The notes under the pieces were generated by a model. It saw only the letters and a program-made list of their open reading frames with translations, made no database searches and had not been told where the DNA came from. Shown in pieces: positions 13,356 through 25,463 of a stretch of 64,000 nt of DNA; within the stretch, counting starts at the first letter, position 1, and each line of letters starts with the position of its first letter. The DNA lies in NCBI GenBank assembly GCA_964106645.2, contig OZ067040.1; one strand, written 5' to 3'. Both the position numbers and the translations under genes were made by a program. This stretch comes from Podarcis pityusensis (lineage: Eukaryota).

Positions 13356-13538
13356 GGGGAAACTTTCTGAGAGTAAGAGCTGTTCAACAGTGGAATGTAC
13401 TCTTTTGCGAGGTTATAGATTCTCCTTCACTGGGGGTTTTTAAGGCTGGATGTTCATCTGTCATGGATGTTTTAGTTGAGATTCCTGCATTGCAGGGGGT
13501 TGGACTAGATGACCCTTCCAACTCTATGATTCTGTGAT
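13356..13538 (+). mobile_element. CR1 LINE 3' end
   Basis: 'NFLRVRAVQQWNVL..EV.DSPSL.VFK' followed by the GGTTGGACTAGATGACC...(ATTCTRTG) tail. Confidence 0.9.
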
Positions 13539-13655
13539 AGGCCCACACTTCAACCTCTGCACACTTGCTGTCCCCTCATCTCCACATGCTCAGCTAAATA
13601 GCTGAAATGTGCTTATAATAGTCTTAATGTAGTAGTTTGAGACCTTGTATGATCA

Positions 13656-13703
13656 GGGACGTGGGTGGCGCTGTGGTCTAAACCACTGAGCCTTGGGCTT
13701 GCC
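13656..13703 (+). mobile_element. Sauria SINE 5' fragment only
   Basis: GGGACGTGGGTGGCGCTGTGGTCTAAACCACTGAGCCTTGGGCTTGCC, then homology stops. Confidence 0.8.
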
Positions 13704-16700
13704 CATGAGCACAATCCTTGCTTCCATGCATTTTGTCTGTGCATGAGGAGAAAGTCTGAAAAAGCCTTACTTATTTAATGTGGCATCTTCATGGTTGTTC
13801 AGTATAGTTTTCAAATGCAGATGAGAAAGAACCATATACCATCAAGGTACAGAAGGACATATCTGACACAACAGCCACACCCCTCAGGAAGTTAGATGAG
13901 TGTAGGGTGAGGGTGGTGGCGATGGCTTGGTAGATTTATATAATATCCTTGTGAAAAGGGTCATATTATTCACAGAATCGTTAAATAAATGGCCTATTCA
14001 AGAATATAAATGGAATATAAGGCTTGACAAGCAATATAAACAAAGGAAAGGAAAATGGTTGTGATCCTATGCCGAATTACAGGGATTAAATTCAAATGTA
14101 TCGGTGTAATGTTGTCTAAAAAGGTTAGGAATAAACAGGACGGGTGGAAGGGGAATGAAATAAAACAATTTGGAGAGTAATTTGTTTCAAGGAAAATCAT
14201 TTCACTTTTATCTATTGTTTGAGGATCTTGCTCCACTGGAGTTCATGTCATGCATAGTTCAGTTTTATTAGTTCTGTTATAATAAGTGACCAGTGACTGT
14301 AGGCCCCTTGGTTTGGGGTCACTTATAAGTCCTTTTCATGCATTCAAAGGGACGCACAAGGGCTTAAACTGAGAAGTTGGTGTTTATATGCCAGCCCCAC
14401 TGCCAGTGATACTCATGCGCTGGGCATGCCCACCCCGTCTTCAAACTTCTGAAGGTCTCAGGGGAACTGTATATCTGGACACATTTAGAACCCTCCTCAT
14501 GATCGAGAACCCTGATAACTCAGGGTTCCTGATAACTGGCAAGCTTGTAAGTGCATTCAGCTGAGCACATTTGCAACCCTTTCAGACCTTCTCCTTCAAC
14601 ATGGGAAGGTCAGGGATGAAGCATGAACATGCCAACTTCCCTTCTTCTCTTAAGTCATCATGCTTTTTTATTGACTTTTTAATAATGCATGAATAGGGCT
14701 AGTGTGTCCTGGACATATTCTAAGGAGAAGTACACAGTTATCAAACAAACTCATAATATAGAAAGTGAATAGGTATAGTAGGGAAGAATGAGAAAAATGC
14801 ATATATTCCAGGCCATGTTTCAGTTGCGTATATTATACCACACCTAAAAACACCAGGCGGAATGCATATTTTCCATCACATTGCCTAGGCGTTACATCAA
14901 GTACCTGGTGTTGAGTCAGCAGTGTGTGGAACAACAGATAACTCAGATGCAAAGTGCAAACAGCAGATTGCCACTGTAATCTGTTCCTACAGAACAACCT
15001 ATTGACTTGGCATTGGGCGAGGTTTTGTGAAATGCTACTGCAAGTCAAAGTGAAAGGGACGTGTGTGTGCGCTTGTATTCAAAATAATGTTATTTGTGTG
15101 TTTCTTGTTTGGTATGTTGTAACAAGTAATTAACGTTATAATTATCCAAGTTGTGTATCTGAAGGATCCTGACTAGATCATTTGGGGTTCATAAAGGCAC
15201 TATTACCAGTAGTCATGCCTTCGTATTTGACTCAGTTGCAATTAATAGGGATGTCAGTGAAGTTAACCTGAGCTAGGCTTAGAACATCGACTTCAGGGGC
15301 TCTGACCAGCTCCAGTACTCTCCTCCTGGTTTAACTTTGAGCAGAGCAGGAAGAAAATACCTTCTTCTGTCTTAGCTACATCCCACTCTCCAAAATCCTC
15401 CACCATTGAACCCTCTTCCTACTTTCTTCCATAGTAACTAATAGAAGAGGTTTTCTCCCCTTTTGTTGCTATTTGGCAGCTTAGCAAGGGACTATAAGGC
15501 TGTAGTAGTAGTGTTAGTGGGGAAGAGCCCAGCCCCCATTAAAAAAATAAATCATGAAAGAAGCTAAGGTTGCAGTCATGCATGTTTACACATGATTAAA
15601 CATGGACCAGAATAGACTGCACATTTAATTTCAAGACTGGTAGAATATTGATAATTACTAGGGAGGATAAATGAGCAATTTTAAGATAGAGAGGAATCGG
15701 AAAGAAGGTTCTTTTGTTGATAAAATGGCAAGAGAAAATGGGGGGCAGGGGAGTTTCAATAATATGCTAGTATGAAAGAAACAAAGCTAATATCCTCAGT
15801 GGCATCAGGCAATTAATGTCCGCAGTCTAGCTGACGAGATGAAAACCTCAAATTCTTTTGTGAAGAATACAAAAGCAGCAAATGAAACTGTTGGTGAAAA
15901 TAATATTCCTGGTTTTAAGCACATAGCCAGTTAGTGATAATTACAGTCTTGATCAGGTTGCATTTATGTGCCATTTTCCAGCCTGTGCGCATGCTGGAGA
16001 ATTTAACTGTAGAGGTAAAGATTGCACATTCGCAGCCCATAGGCTTCTAAAGTCTTAGCACGACTACTTCCATCATTTCTGCTTTAAGCAGTTCTGTGAC
16101 CTGGAGGGGAAATTGCAGGGGGCGGCACAGTTCACCACCTTCTTTCATTGGGATGGACTGGTTATCAGTGCACTGTAGTCAAAGAAGACTATAACTCCCA
16201 GAAGATATTGCTACCACGCTGGGTTGTGTTATCCCAGGCAACATGTTTTCGTACGCAGCAAATTTGGTTCTAATTTGTGGCATAGCACTTGTATCCAACA
16301 ACAGAATTTGAGAAATCAATGAAATTTCTAGTTAGTAAATTATTTCCTTTTGCTCCCATCCATTTACTTTTAAGAGCAATTTAGTTTAATCAAAATGAAG
16401 TAAAATTGCCTTTAATTTTAGTACTGCATGCTGTGTTTCAAAGGCTTGAATTCAGCCCCTTGAGATGGTTCTTACTGAGGAACTGCTGCAGATCAAAGGA
16501 ACAGTGCTTTTTTTCTGACATTGTGTAACCTGTGCTAGCGAATCTCAAAGTTCAAAGAAAGGATAAAGTGAATGTTGGAGCATGCTTGCATATGAAAAAG
16601 TAATGCTTCCTTTTCTCCCTTTTTTATATTTCTGTCCTCCTATCACTTCCTCCCCTGTCAGGGGTTTGCTATTGTGCTGTGTTATCACTGTTTTTATGTC

Positions 16701-18845
16701 TTAGTTGATTGTTATGTGTTTGTTTTGATTACTACAATTAATTTTTTTAAAAGGTACTGTTGCGATGGTAGAAATATGTAATCCAGACTGCACACAGTAC
16801 AGTAATAGCTGGATCAAAATTGTGTTGGTTTTTCACAGTCGCAGCCTTAGTTCTCTTATCCTGGTTTTGCGTCAAAGACCTTCTTACCTAGGTAGAAATT
16901 ACTAATTTTTTAAGGTAGAACTCTTACTCACAAGCCTAGCACCTATTATGTGTCACCCGACTCTTCCAAAGGCTTCAGTCTTGTGGAAAGTGTGTGAGAA
17001 TGGAAGTGAAAGTAATTTGTACAAAATTAGATTGCTCTTAAAGTTTTCTTTTACAATGTGTTTGAGAATTTCTCCATAAACCTTTGCTTCGTTTCTGCTG
17101 TAACATCTTGACAGTATCTAGATATCCCAGACAGAACTTAAACAAAAAAGTGTAAGATACAGAAATCTAAAAATGAGATTCTGCTTGGAGCCTGGGGCAA
17201 ACACAGGGGAACTGTAATACATTAATCACACATATTTCACTGCATTTCTTAGAATGGAAGGGTTTAAATAAAGCAGTGGAATCAATTGCTTAATTTCTGA
17301 AGGATTAGTATTTTACTATGATTTGAAGATGCACTTTTTTCAGGGACAAAGGACTAAGCTTGCATCCTGGTACATTTCTAGTCACAAATGACTTCCATTG
17401 AATGGGGTTGAATCATAGGCAAGTTGGTATAGTTTTGCAGCTTTAGGGAGCATTCTTAACTCTTCCCAGCCCAGAATTATGGATAATTTATGGAGAATTG
17501 GGGCCACCACTGCATCTATAGCTCTCCTGCGCACAACAACTGGGGACGAAGGTTGAGGGGCAGGTATGGTTGCTATGCTAGCCCCAATAGTATCATGTGA
17601 CAGCATCAGGGCTGGATCAGAATCCAACATATCCCAGGCTGGCATAGCCCTCAGAAAGCCTCATTTTGGCAATTAAGGAGGGATAACACCACCAGTATTT
17701 CCGCCTGCCTGCATCTACAGTGGGTAGAGGGGGGAGCTCCATGTTAATCCAGTTATATAGACTGTTACCACTTCATAGGTGGCAACCAGGAGGAGAGGAA
17801 CAGATGCTAGCAGGACTGGATGAAAGGACACCTTCACCCAATCCAGTCTCCTCTTCCCAGCCCAGCCCAGCTAAAATGGGGTTTGGATTGTTCTGTTAGT
17901 AGCTTGTGAATTTTAATTGTAATTGGTTTTAACATTGCCTCAGTTGCTGGTTTGTAAGTCCCCACAACATTCCCTTTTTCTGTTGGTGAGCCAGATTTCC
18001 TTGGGAGATCATCTGTTGGGGACACTTTGCTAATGGTGGGTATAAACAGAGACAAATGTGGGGGGCCCCATTTCCTTCTCTTCCTGCCACCCCCATTTCC
18101 TCTCTAGTATTTTTAGCCCCCCCCCCCAAATATACAGATCTTCATCCATTGCTCAGTCTGTTGCAAAACCGTAATCATTGCATATTCATCTGCAGTTTTA
18201 AATTGACTGAACAGAAACTTGTTTTCTTTACTACTAGGGAACATACCCTGTTAAGTAACACAAGAGGTAATTCAGAATTTCCTACCAAGAAATTGCACTG
18301 CCTCTTCTCTTTATAATGATAGATATCTGACGTTATCAGAGAGGACAAAACACATTATCATGGGCACAAAAGAACTGGCATGTCATTAAGCTGCTCCTCA
18401 GCAGTTAATTTGGGAACTGATTGAATAAATGCTGCAAAAAATCTTTTCAACCTCAAAGTAAGGAAAGTTAATTCTATGGCTACTATTGATAGACTCCTGA
18501 CTAATTGAAATAGGCAATAATGATCAGGTGTAGCATTTTGTGAAGCTTACTGAGATAACAAGCAGAGGCTTTTGTGTTGTCATTTTCATGCAGTGCCACT
18601 TTCCCACTTTCATATCTCTTTCATATAAATTAGTGTGTGGATTCCTTAGTTATGGACTGCTGAGAAGCCTACAAGTTCATTAACTGATTATCCTGGACAT
18701 CTCCCAAGTTCCTATGATATTGTACTACTCTTGCAAATCTTCAGTGACATGAGCTGTAATAATTCACATGTAATCATGTATTTATTCAACAGACATTGCA
18801 CACAAAAACTCTACTATAATCAGGAAGAGTTTTAAAGATACAGTA

Positions 18846-19236
18846 CAGTCATACCTCATGTTGCGTCCACTTCAGGTTACGTCTTTTCAAGTTGCGTCCC
18901 GCAGCAACCTGGAAGTACCGGAACGGTTACTTACAATAATAATATAATAATTTATTATTTATACCCCACCCATCTGGCTGGGTTTCCCCAGGCACTCTGG
19001 GTGGCTTCCAACAAAACACTAAAATACAATAACCTATTAAACATTAAAAGCTTCCCTAAACAGGGCTGTCTTCAGATGTCTTCTAAAAGTTTGGTACTTC
19101 TGGGTTTCGCCGCTCGCGCATGCGCAGAAGTGCTAAATCGCGCTAGACGTGTGCGCAGATGTGGCGCTTCTGGGTGCAAATGCTTCGAGTTGCGGGTGTG
19201 CGGGACAGATTACGTCTGCAACTCAAGGTTCCACTG
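18846..19236 (+). mobile_element. pogo/Tigger-like MITE (family B) with nested L2 tail
   Basis: CAGTCATACCTC / AAGGTTCCACTG ends with TA TSD. Homologous to 62374-62578 once 18933-19094 is removed. Confidence 0.88.
18933..19094 (-). mobile_element. L2 LINE 3' end nested in MITE
   Basis: Highly similar to 50160-50316, with a degenerate (AAT)n tail; flanked by TACTT repeats. Confidence 0.88.
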
Positions 19237-19484
19237 TACAGTAATCGGTCTAGAGTTCTGTAGGAAATGGTAAGAAAGGTAGCTCAATGAAGGTGTCGAC
19301 CCAGCATGCTGATGCCCATGAAAAGAGCAAATTCCATGCTAGGGATCATTTGGAAGGGAATTGAAAATAAAACTCTCAATAGTGTAGTTGTTGTGCAAAT
19401 CTGTGCTGTGACCACATTTGGAATACTGTTTATAGTTCTCACCTCAAAATGGAAATGTAGAGTTGGAGAAGGTTCAGAAAAGGG

Positions 19485-19938
19485 TGTCATGAGACAAAGG
19501 TTATTGAGAGCAGAAGCAGTAAGGCCTACAAGGCCCGCACAATCATTCAAGCCTGCTAACTGCTGTTAACAGCAAGCTGCTAAGTCACTGTGACTCGTGA
19601 CTCATCTTCAGTGATGACTCATTCGCCCTATAAAAGTAGCCAGCCTCTCTGTGGGCATTGCATGAAAATGACAACACAAAAGTCTCTGTGGGCCTCAGTG
19701 TGTGTCTCAGCCAGTGTGTGTGTTGTGTTGTTGCAGACAGAGTGGCTCCAGGACTCTAGTAAATCAGTAACTCAGACTGTGCCTCTGTGAAGAGGCAGAT
19801 AGCTGTAATGAGCACTCTGTGTATGCTCTTTAACTATGCTGTTTATGAACAGCATTTATTTTCTTTAGTAAAGTTTTATTCTGTTTTATTCTGTTTATAA
19901 AGAAGACTCTGCATTGATTAATTTACCGATGCGTGACA
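19485..19938 (+). mobile_element. Solo LTR (454 bp)
   Basis: TGTCA...TGACA termini with perfect 5-bp TSD AAGGG (19480-19484, 19939-19943). TATAAAA at 19629-19635 and an AGTAAA polyA-like signal near 19867. Confidence 0.88.
19578..19635 (+). promoter_or_regulatory. LTR U3 promoter motifs: ARE-like site, two AP-1 sites, TATA
   Basis: TGCTAAGTCAC (19578-19588), TGACTCA (19598-19604 and 19615-19621), TATAAAA (19629-19635). Activity not shown. Confidence 0.55.
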
Positions 19939-21051
19939 AAGGGCAACCTGAAGCGACTGAAATTGAAATCGCCATATTTCAAAAATAAAAAAACCAGAAC
20001 ACCCTGAAAGTTCTTGAGATTTTTAAAGCAAAACCCAAAAGTTTGAAATCCTGGTAATCTTTAAGATGTATGGCAGCGTTGCAAATAGCTCTTATATTTC
20101 AAAAAGGGGTCCAGTGCTTCTCCTCCCCTTCATGTTGTTTCTGTTTCTTTTGCCAAATACTTTAGCTGGAGGTGAAACTGATTAATAGGATCAGCTTGCT
20201 GTTCTGTAAAGCGTTTCACAGTTCTTATCTCCGTTATATTTACAACAGTCCTGCAAGGAAGGCATCTGCCAACCTTATATGAAAACCTCCTTAAAGATGT
20301 TGAAACTTATATGTGTGATGTAGGCTTAGATACAAATAAATCTGCCCTGGGAGAGTATCCAAGTGGCTTTATTTTCTGTTGTACAGAAGAAGAGGAGGCC
20401 ATAATTCTCCACATCCATGTGACATTCTTGTCACAGTTGATATAGAATCCTACTCCCATGGCATTTAAAAGTGCTCTGAAATTATTTGTGTTCTCAAATT
20501 GCCTTTCCTGCAGAAGTTATGGCCGGCCTCAGGAGAAAGCGCTTTGATTAAGAAATCCCTTTTAGCTTACAGCAATATCATATTCAGAAAATATGTCAGT
20601 GTATGGCACTTGCAAGGAGCTACTGGGGCAGTGGCATGCCAAGCAAGCACCCTGAGAGGTCTGTGTTCCTCTTCACAGGGTAGAGGGAGAGTTATATGTG
20701 CCAGAAAGAGTTTGGCAAGGCCACACACCAAGAAAAGAGGCACACACTATCACCAGCAAGATAAAAAAAACAACAAATAGTAGTTGTTAGAGTGTTTGAA
20801 AGAGGTCCCTGGCAGGAGGAGGTTAGAAGAAAAGGAGCGTTGCAGGTGAGATAGAGGTTCCCAGAAGGGGAGGCTTAAATAAGAAGGAACCTGAGAAAGA
20901 TGGCAAAGAATAGGGAAAATCCAGACGTATGGAAACCCATATTGGCAGTGTCATTTTTGAAATATGGCAACCCTAGCAAAGAAAGAAAGGAGTGGGGAGG
21001 CCAAGTGGAAAAGAGTCATAAAAGTCACTCCTTTCTTTCAACTATCTTAGC

Positions 21052-21311
21052 CATGGTTGGCCCACCCACGAGGCAAGGTGAGGTGACCACCTCAGGTGGC
21101 AGGATCTACAGGGGCATCAGTTCTTGCCTCCAATGATTGCATCGCCTGCTGCTGCAGTGACTGCGACAGCTGCAGCACATTTTCTGGAGGCCGGATCTGC
21201 TCCCTCCTCAGCAATCCCCATGTGCCACCTCTATAGTAGCCTCTCTGCCCTGGCAGGGACACACCATTTTGTGGTTTGCCTCAGGTGCCAAAATGTATTG
21301 GGCTGGTCCTG
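21052..21311. mobile_element. hAT-type MITE
   Basis: Decayed TIR CATGGTTGGCCCA / TGGGCTGGTCCTG; TSD ATCTTAGC / ATATTAGC. Confidence 0.7.
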
Positions 21312-23419
21312 ATATTAGCAGAGAAGCTAGTTTGGGTAGGGACATAGCATAGAGGACTTAATGTGCAATATTGTCCAGTGGTAATATTGTAAAGCCTTGC
21401 TACGGAAGGGATTCCATGATGGGAAGAGGGCTAATCTTGGTTTGAGTGCTGGGCTCACCAGGAGCCTTGGAAGATAAGAAACATCCTGCTGTTCAAGGGA
21501 CCTGGGGAGGTAGGTTTAGAGAAGTTCACAGCGCTTTAACCGAACTAATTTTATGTGTGGTCATCGCCTTCTTATTCAGATCTAATGCTAAAAACTAGCA
21601 AAAAAGTTAATTTTACTACTCCTTTTTAAATAGATAAATAAAGATAAAGTCGAGTAAGATATATAGAGTGACTGCTTGAAACCAAGATTAGACTTGAGAC
21701 ACCCTCCTTGAAATCACAGCTTTTGGAGCAATTGTGGCTTGTTTGTTGTTCAGGGATGCAAAAGAGGCTGTTGTTCAGGGATGCTTCCTAAAGACCTTAC
21801 CACCACCTTTAGGAAAACTGGACTTCCTCATCCTAGTGAACAGTGGTGCCATTATAAAGACAAATCTGATTAGATGTGTGATAGAGATGGGAGAGGGATT
21901 TATTCAGTCTTTTGCAGTAGACCAATTTGACCCAGCGCTCTCAGACTTGCTTGCAGATTGGAACACAACAACCTTGGTTGGGTTATGCATGCCTCTGGAT
22001 TTTTGTGATGCAGTTTTGGTATATAAAAAGAGCCTCAGTGAAACAGACACAGGATAGATCTAGACTACTCAACTTATCCCTACTGCATCGTGAGTTCACT
22101 GCTAATAGGACAAAGAATAGCTTGTGCTATCAGACTGAAAAGGGAGACCAGTTTGAATGTGGTGTGGTTTATCATGAGGGGTTCTGCTGGAATGAGTTAA
22201 GGTTGCTTTCATGTGTTCTCACCTCCATCCCATTCACAATCTTAAGAATTGCCGAAAAGGAATAGTACATTTTGCTGGGATGAAAATATCTACAAAATGC
22301 ACCATCCTGCATTTTGCCACAGGCCTAAAAAAAAGGCATTGCTGAACTCTGGATGTCATACCAATGCAGGTAAAAGGTAAAGGAAGAGTGCAGTACAGTA
22401 CAGTCAGGGCACCTATTTCGCAGGCTAGCGATATCACTGGCACAATTACACCAGTAAACTCCACATGAGTTCTGGCATAGTATTGGTGCAAGGGGTCTTC
22501 CTGTATTAGAGCAATGGGAGAAACAGAGCCTGCATATGTCTGTCTGTGTGTGAAGAGATAGTTCAGGAACTGTGCCAAAAGGCAAGGACCTTTCTGTTTT
22601 TGTAAGTATACACATATGCTAACACTCTCATAAGACACTATTGTGCTGCATTTGGCAGAAAATATCCTTGAGTAATGACTTCTGTTCAGAAAAATATAAG
22701 CTTAAAAAGTAAGAGAAATCAAAGAGACAGAAAAAAATCCTGATTCTGTCATTTAACTAACCAAAATGCTTAGCTTTTAGTTGTGAATGTCAGTTAACCA
22801 AAATGATAAAATGTTTTTTGATGAGTGAATGAAACAGTACATCTGCAGTGGGGGGGGGGGGTCGGAAATCAACTTTGTATTCTTCTCCCTCTTTTGCTAC
22901 ATTTACCACTCTTAAGGTAGACAAGAAATGCCTGGGGTGATTTACCAATGCAGCTCTATTTCTCGTTTTCTGAATTAAATCAATGAACGCTATTTAAGAA
23001 ACTTGTTCAAGCACCTCCGTCATGTTGGATGATTCCTTCCTTTAAATGTTGACATTTTCCCTTCTTGCCAAGGGACATCAAAAAAAGGATGTTGTGTGCA
23101 ACAATAATTCTAAAATGATGTAAACCAGAAAAAAAGAATTAAGTACCATATTTTGCAAGGTTTCTTTAATAGGTGTACATTTAAATTTATTGTGGGACCC
23201 AAGACAATTGCTGCTTTAACACTGTACAATTTATTGTTTCATATTAGTTTTCCTCTATTTTGTTTTGTTTTCATATACAATATTCTAGGGACTACAATTA
23301 TTTCCAGTTCATAATTAAATATTTATCTCTTCCACTATATGCAAACACTAAATGGAGAACTGGCACAGATTTTGAAGATAGGCATACATAGGTAAAATGG
23401 CTTTGTGGGCACAGCATTA

Positions 23420-23911
23420 CCGTATTTTTCGCCCCATAGGATGCACCGGCCCATAGGACGCACCAAGTTTTTTGGGGGGGAAATAAAGGGAAAAAAAATT
23501 ATTCCCCCCCAGGCGCTTGTGGGGCCGGCAGCGGGGAGAAGCGCTCTTCTCCCCACCGCCCGCCTGCAGACCAGGTCCGGGGACAGCGGGAAGACGCGCT
23601 GCGCCTCCCAGCTGTCCCTGGAGCTTGCGGGGCTGGCGGCGGGGAGAAGCACACGTTTCCCCGCCGTCAGCCTCCAAACCACATCGGGAGACAGCAGGAT
23701 GGCGGCGTTCCGCCTCCCCGCTGTCCCCCAACCTTGTGGGGCTGGTGCTGCAGCTCTCCTGAAGCCTGGAGAGCGAGAGGGGTCGGTGCGCACCGACCCC
23801 TCTCGCTTTCCAGGCTTCAGCGAAAGCCTGCATTCGCCCCATAGGACGCACACACATTTTCCCTTCATTTTTGTAGGGGAAAAAGTGCGTCCTAGAGGTC
23901 GAAAAATACGG
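23420..23911. mobile_element. Young CpG-rich Tc1/mariner (Tc2/pogo-like) MITE
   Basis: TIR CCGTATTTTTCG / CGAAAAATACGG with TA TSD. Subterminal CCCATAGGACGCAC repeats and internal hairpins. Confidence 0.92.
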
Positions 23912-24639
23912 TAAGTGTGGTGCAAGAGTGATAGGCAATGTGTAGACTATAATGGGATAAAACTTCACATTTTGGTGTGGGATAGAAAAGGATCCTTTTA
24001 GTAAGCAGCCCAACTGCTGGTCAATGTTTCCCTCCCACTCCAGGTGCTGGTGGCCCCTTGATGAGGTTGCCTGACTGCCAGGCTCACTGCAACATCAACA
24101 AAAAATATGGGCGCAGTGGCTGTGCCAACCAGGCCTTTGCGGAGCTTGTCTGAGGCCTGGAGCGGGAGTCCTGTCTATGAAACACACCACTGTGCTGCCG
24201 CTGCCTAATCTCATCTGATGCTACATGGTAGTACGCAGTAACAAAGATCCAGGATTTACTATTGAAGCCTTGGAATACATTTTGCCCATGGTCAACTGGG
24301 TGGCATGGTGCATTCTTGGTGTGACAGCCTAAGTCTGACAGGCTCCTGGAGCCCTCCACCCCCCAGCCAGCTTTGCCGTCCAAAGACCAGGTCAAGTGTA
24401 CCTTTCTTTCCCCTGCATGGGCCTGGTGCAAACTGCTGAGCAGGGTTGAGACCTTTCAGTCACACTTCAAGACCCCTTGAGATCTCCCAATCATCCCCAC
24501 TATAGATCTGGTCAGATGTCTGCCACATATGCACCAATAAGTTGCGACAACATTGAAGTCAACAAATCCAGGGAACAAACAAAAGTTTCTACAAGGAAGG
24601 CAACCTCCTGTCCTTGCATTACCTAGCTCAATTGGCACA

Positions 24640-25460
24640 AAGGGATGGGGGAAAGTCTTGATTTTCATTTGTTTCTCATTTTATAATCTTTAGTTCAGTT
24701 CTTCACATTTCCACATCAATTTGTGATTATTATTATTATTATTAATTATATATTTTTAAACCTTAACGGAAATTGATTGACATTTGGGTGTAATTTTTTT
24801 CTCCTAATATACTCATGATTGTATGCAATATTCACAATTCTGTATGCAATTTCCCCTAACAGAACACATTTCAATCTTATTCTTACAAACAGGGCCGGAT
24901 TTAGGTTTGATAAGGCCCTAAGCTACTGAAGGTAATGGGGCCCTTTATATGTCCAGCTGTCCTTTGTCAGCAACAAATTGTTGCTGTTTTTTTGTGTTGA
25001 ATATATACTATATGGTAATTTATGGACCTAATAGGTATCTAAAGCCATTTGCACATGTGGAATGTAGGCACCCTATATATAGAAATGAGCAAACCAGTGA
25101 TATTTGAGGGAGCAGGCTAGCAGGTGGGGCCCGTTACTTACATCATAGGAGCCCACACCACACAAAACACTGTTGCTGTATGTAGGTTTTATTTTGTTTT
25201 TTGTCTTATATTTTGGAAATGTACATTCAGGCTTTTTTCCTTTAATTTTTTTTGGGGGGCCCAAGAGAGTGGGGCCCTAAGCTATAGCTTGTTTAGCTTA
25301 TACGTAAATCCGGCACTGCTTACAAATATTTGCAATTTTATGAGCACTATCTGACTACATGCATTTTTATGCACATTATTTGGCTGGAGAGTTATACAGC
25401 AGTCTTTGGAGAAGTGTGGTTTTTGAAGGTTCGGTGTGTTTTGGAAAGTGTAAATTATGT
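24640..25460 (+). repeat. Old AT-rich interspersed repeat hosting the 24890 hAT MITE; related inverted copy about 59990-60220
   Basis: TTTCTCATTTT...AGTTCAGTTCTTCACATTT resembles the reverse complement of 60140-60200. Confidence 0.5.
24890..25318. mobile_element. hAT-type MITE
   Basis: TIR CAGGGCCGGATTTA / TAAATCCGGCACTG with perfect 8-bp TSD CTTACAAA (24882-24889, 25319-25326). Confidence 0.93.
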
Positions 25461-25463
25461 AGG

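Larger units (their letters stand above)
19290..19950 (+). mobile_element. CR1 fragment interrupted by a solo LTR
   Basis: 'KRANSMLGIIWKGIENK...' then TTGGAGAAGGTTCAGAAAAGGG|CAACC, which rejoins across the LTR. Confidence 0.8.

Noticed and set aside
21734-22265. 107-aa and 112-aa ORFs with a 17-bp direct repeat (TGTTGTTCAGGGATGC)
   Set aside because: No recognisable domain or clear splice signals, and they do not match CSMD1 CUB/Sushi exons.
23335-24013. Overlapping ORFs of 169-198 aa on both strands
   Set aside because: They lie within a GC-rich palindromic MITE. The lack of stops is compositional, and there are no transposase motifs.
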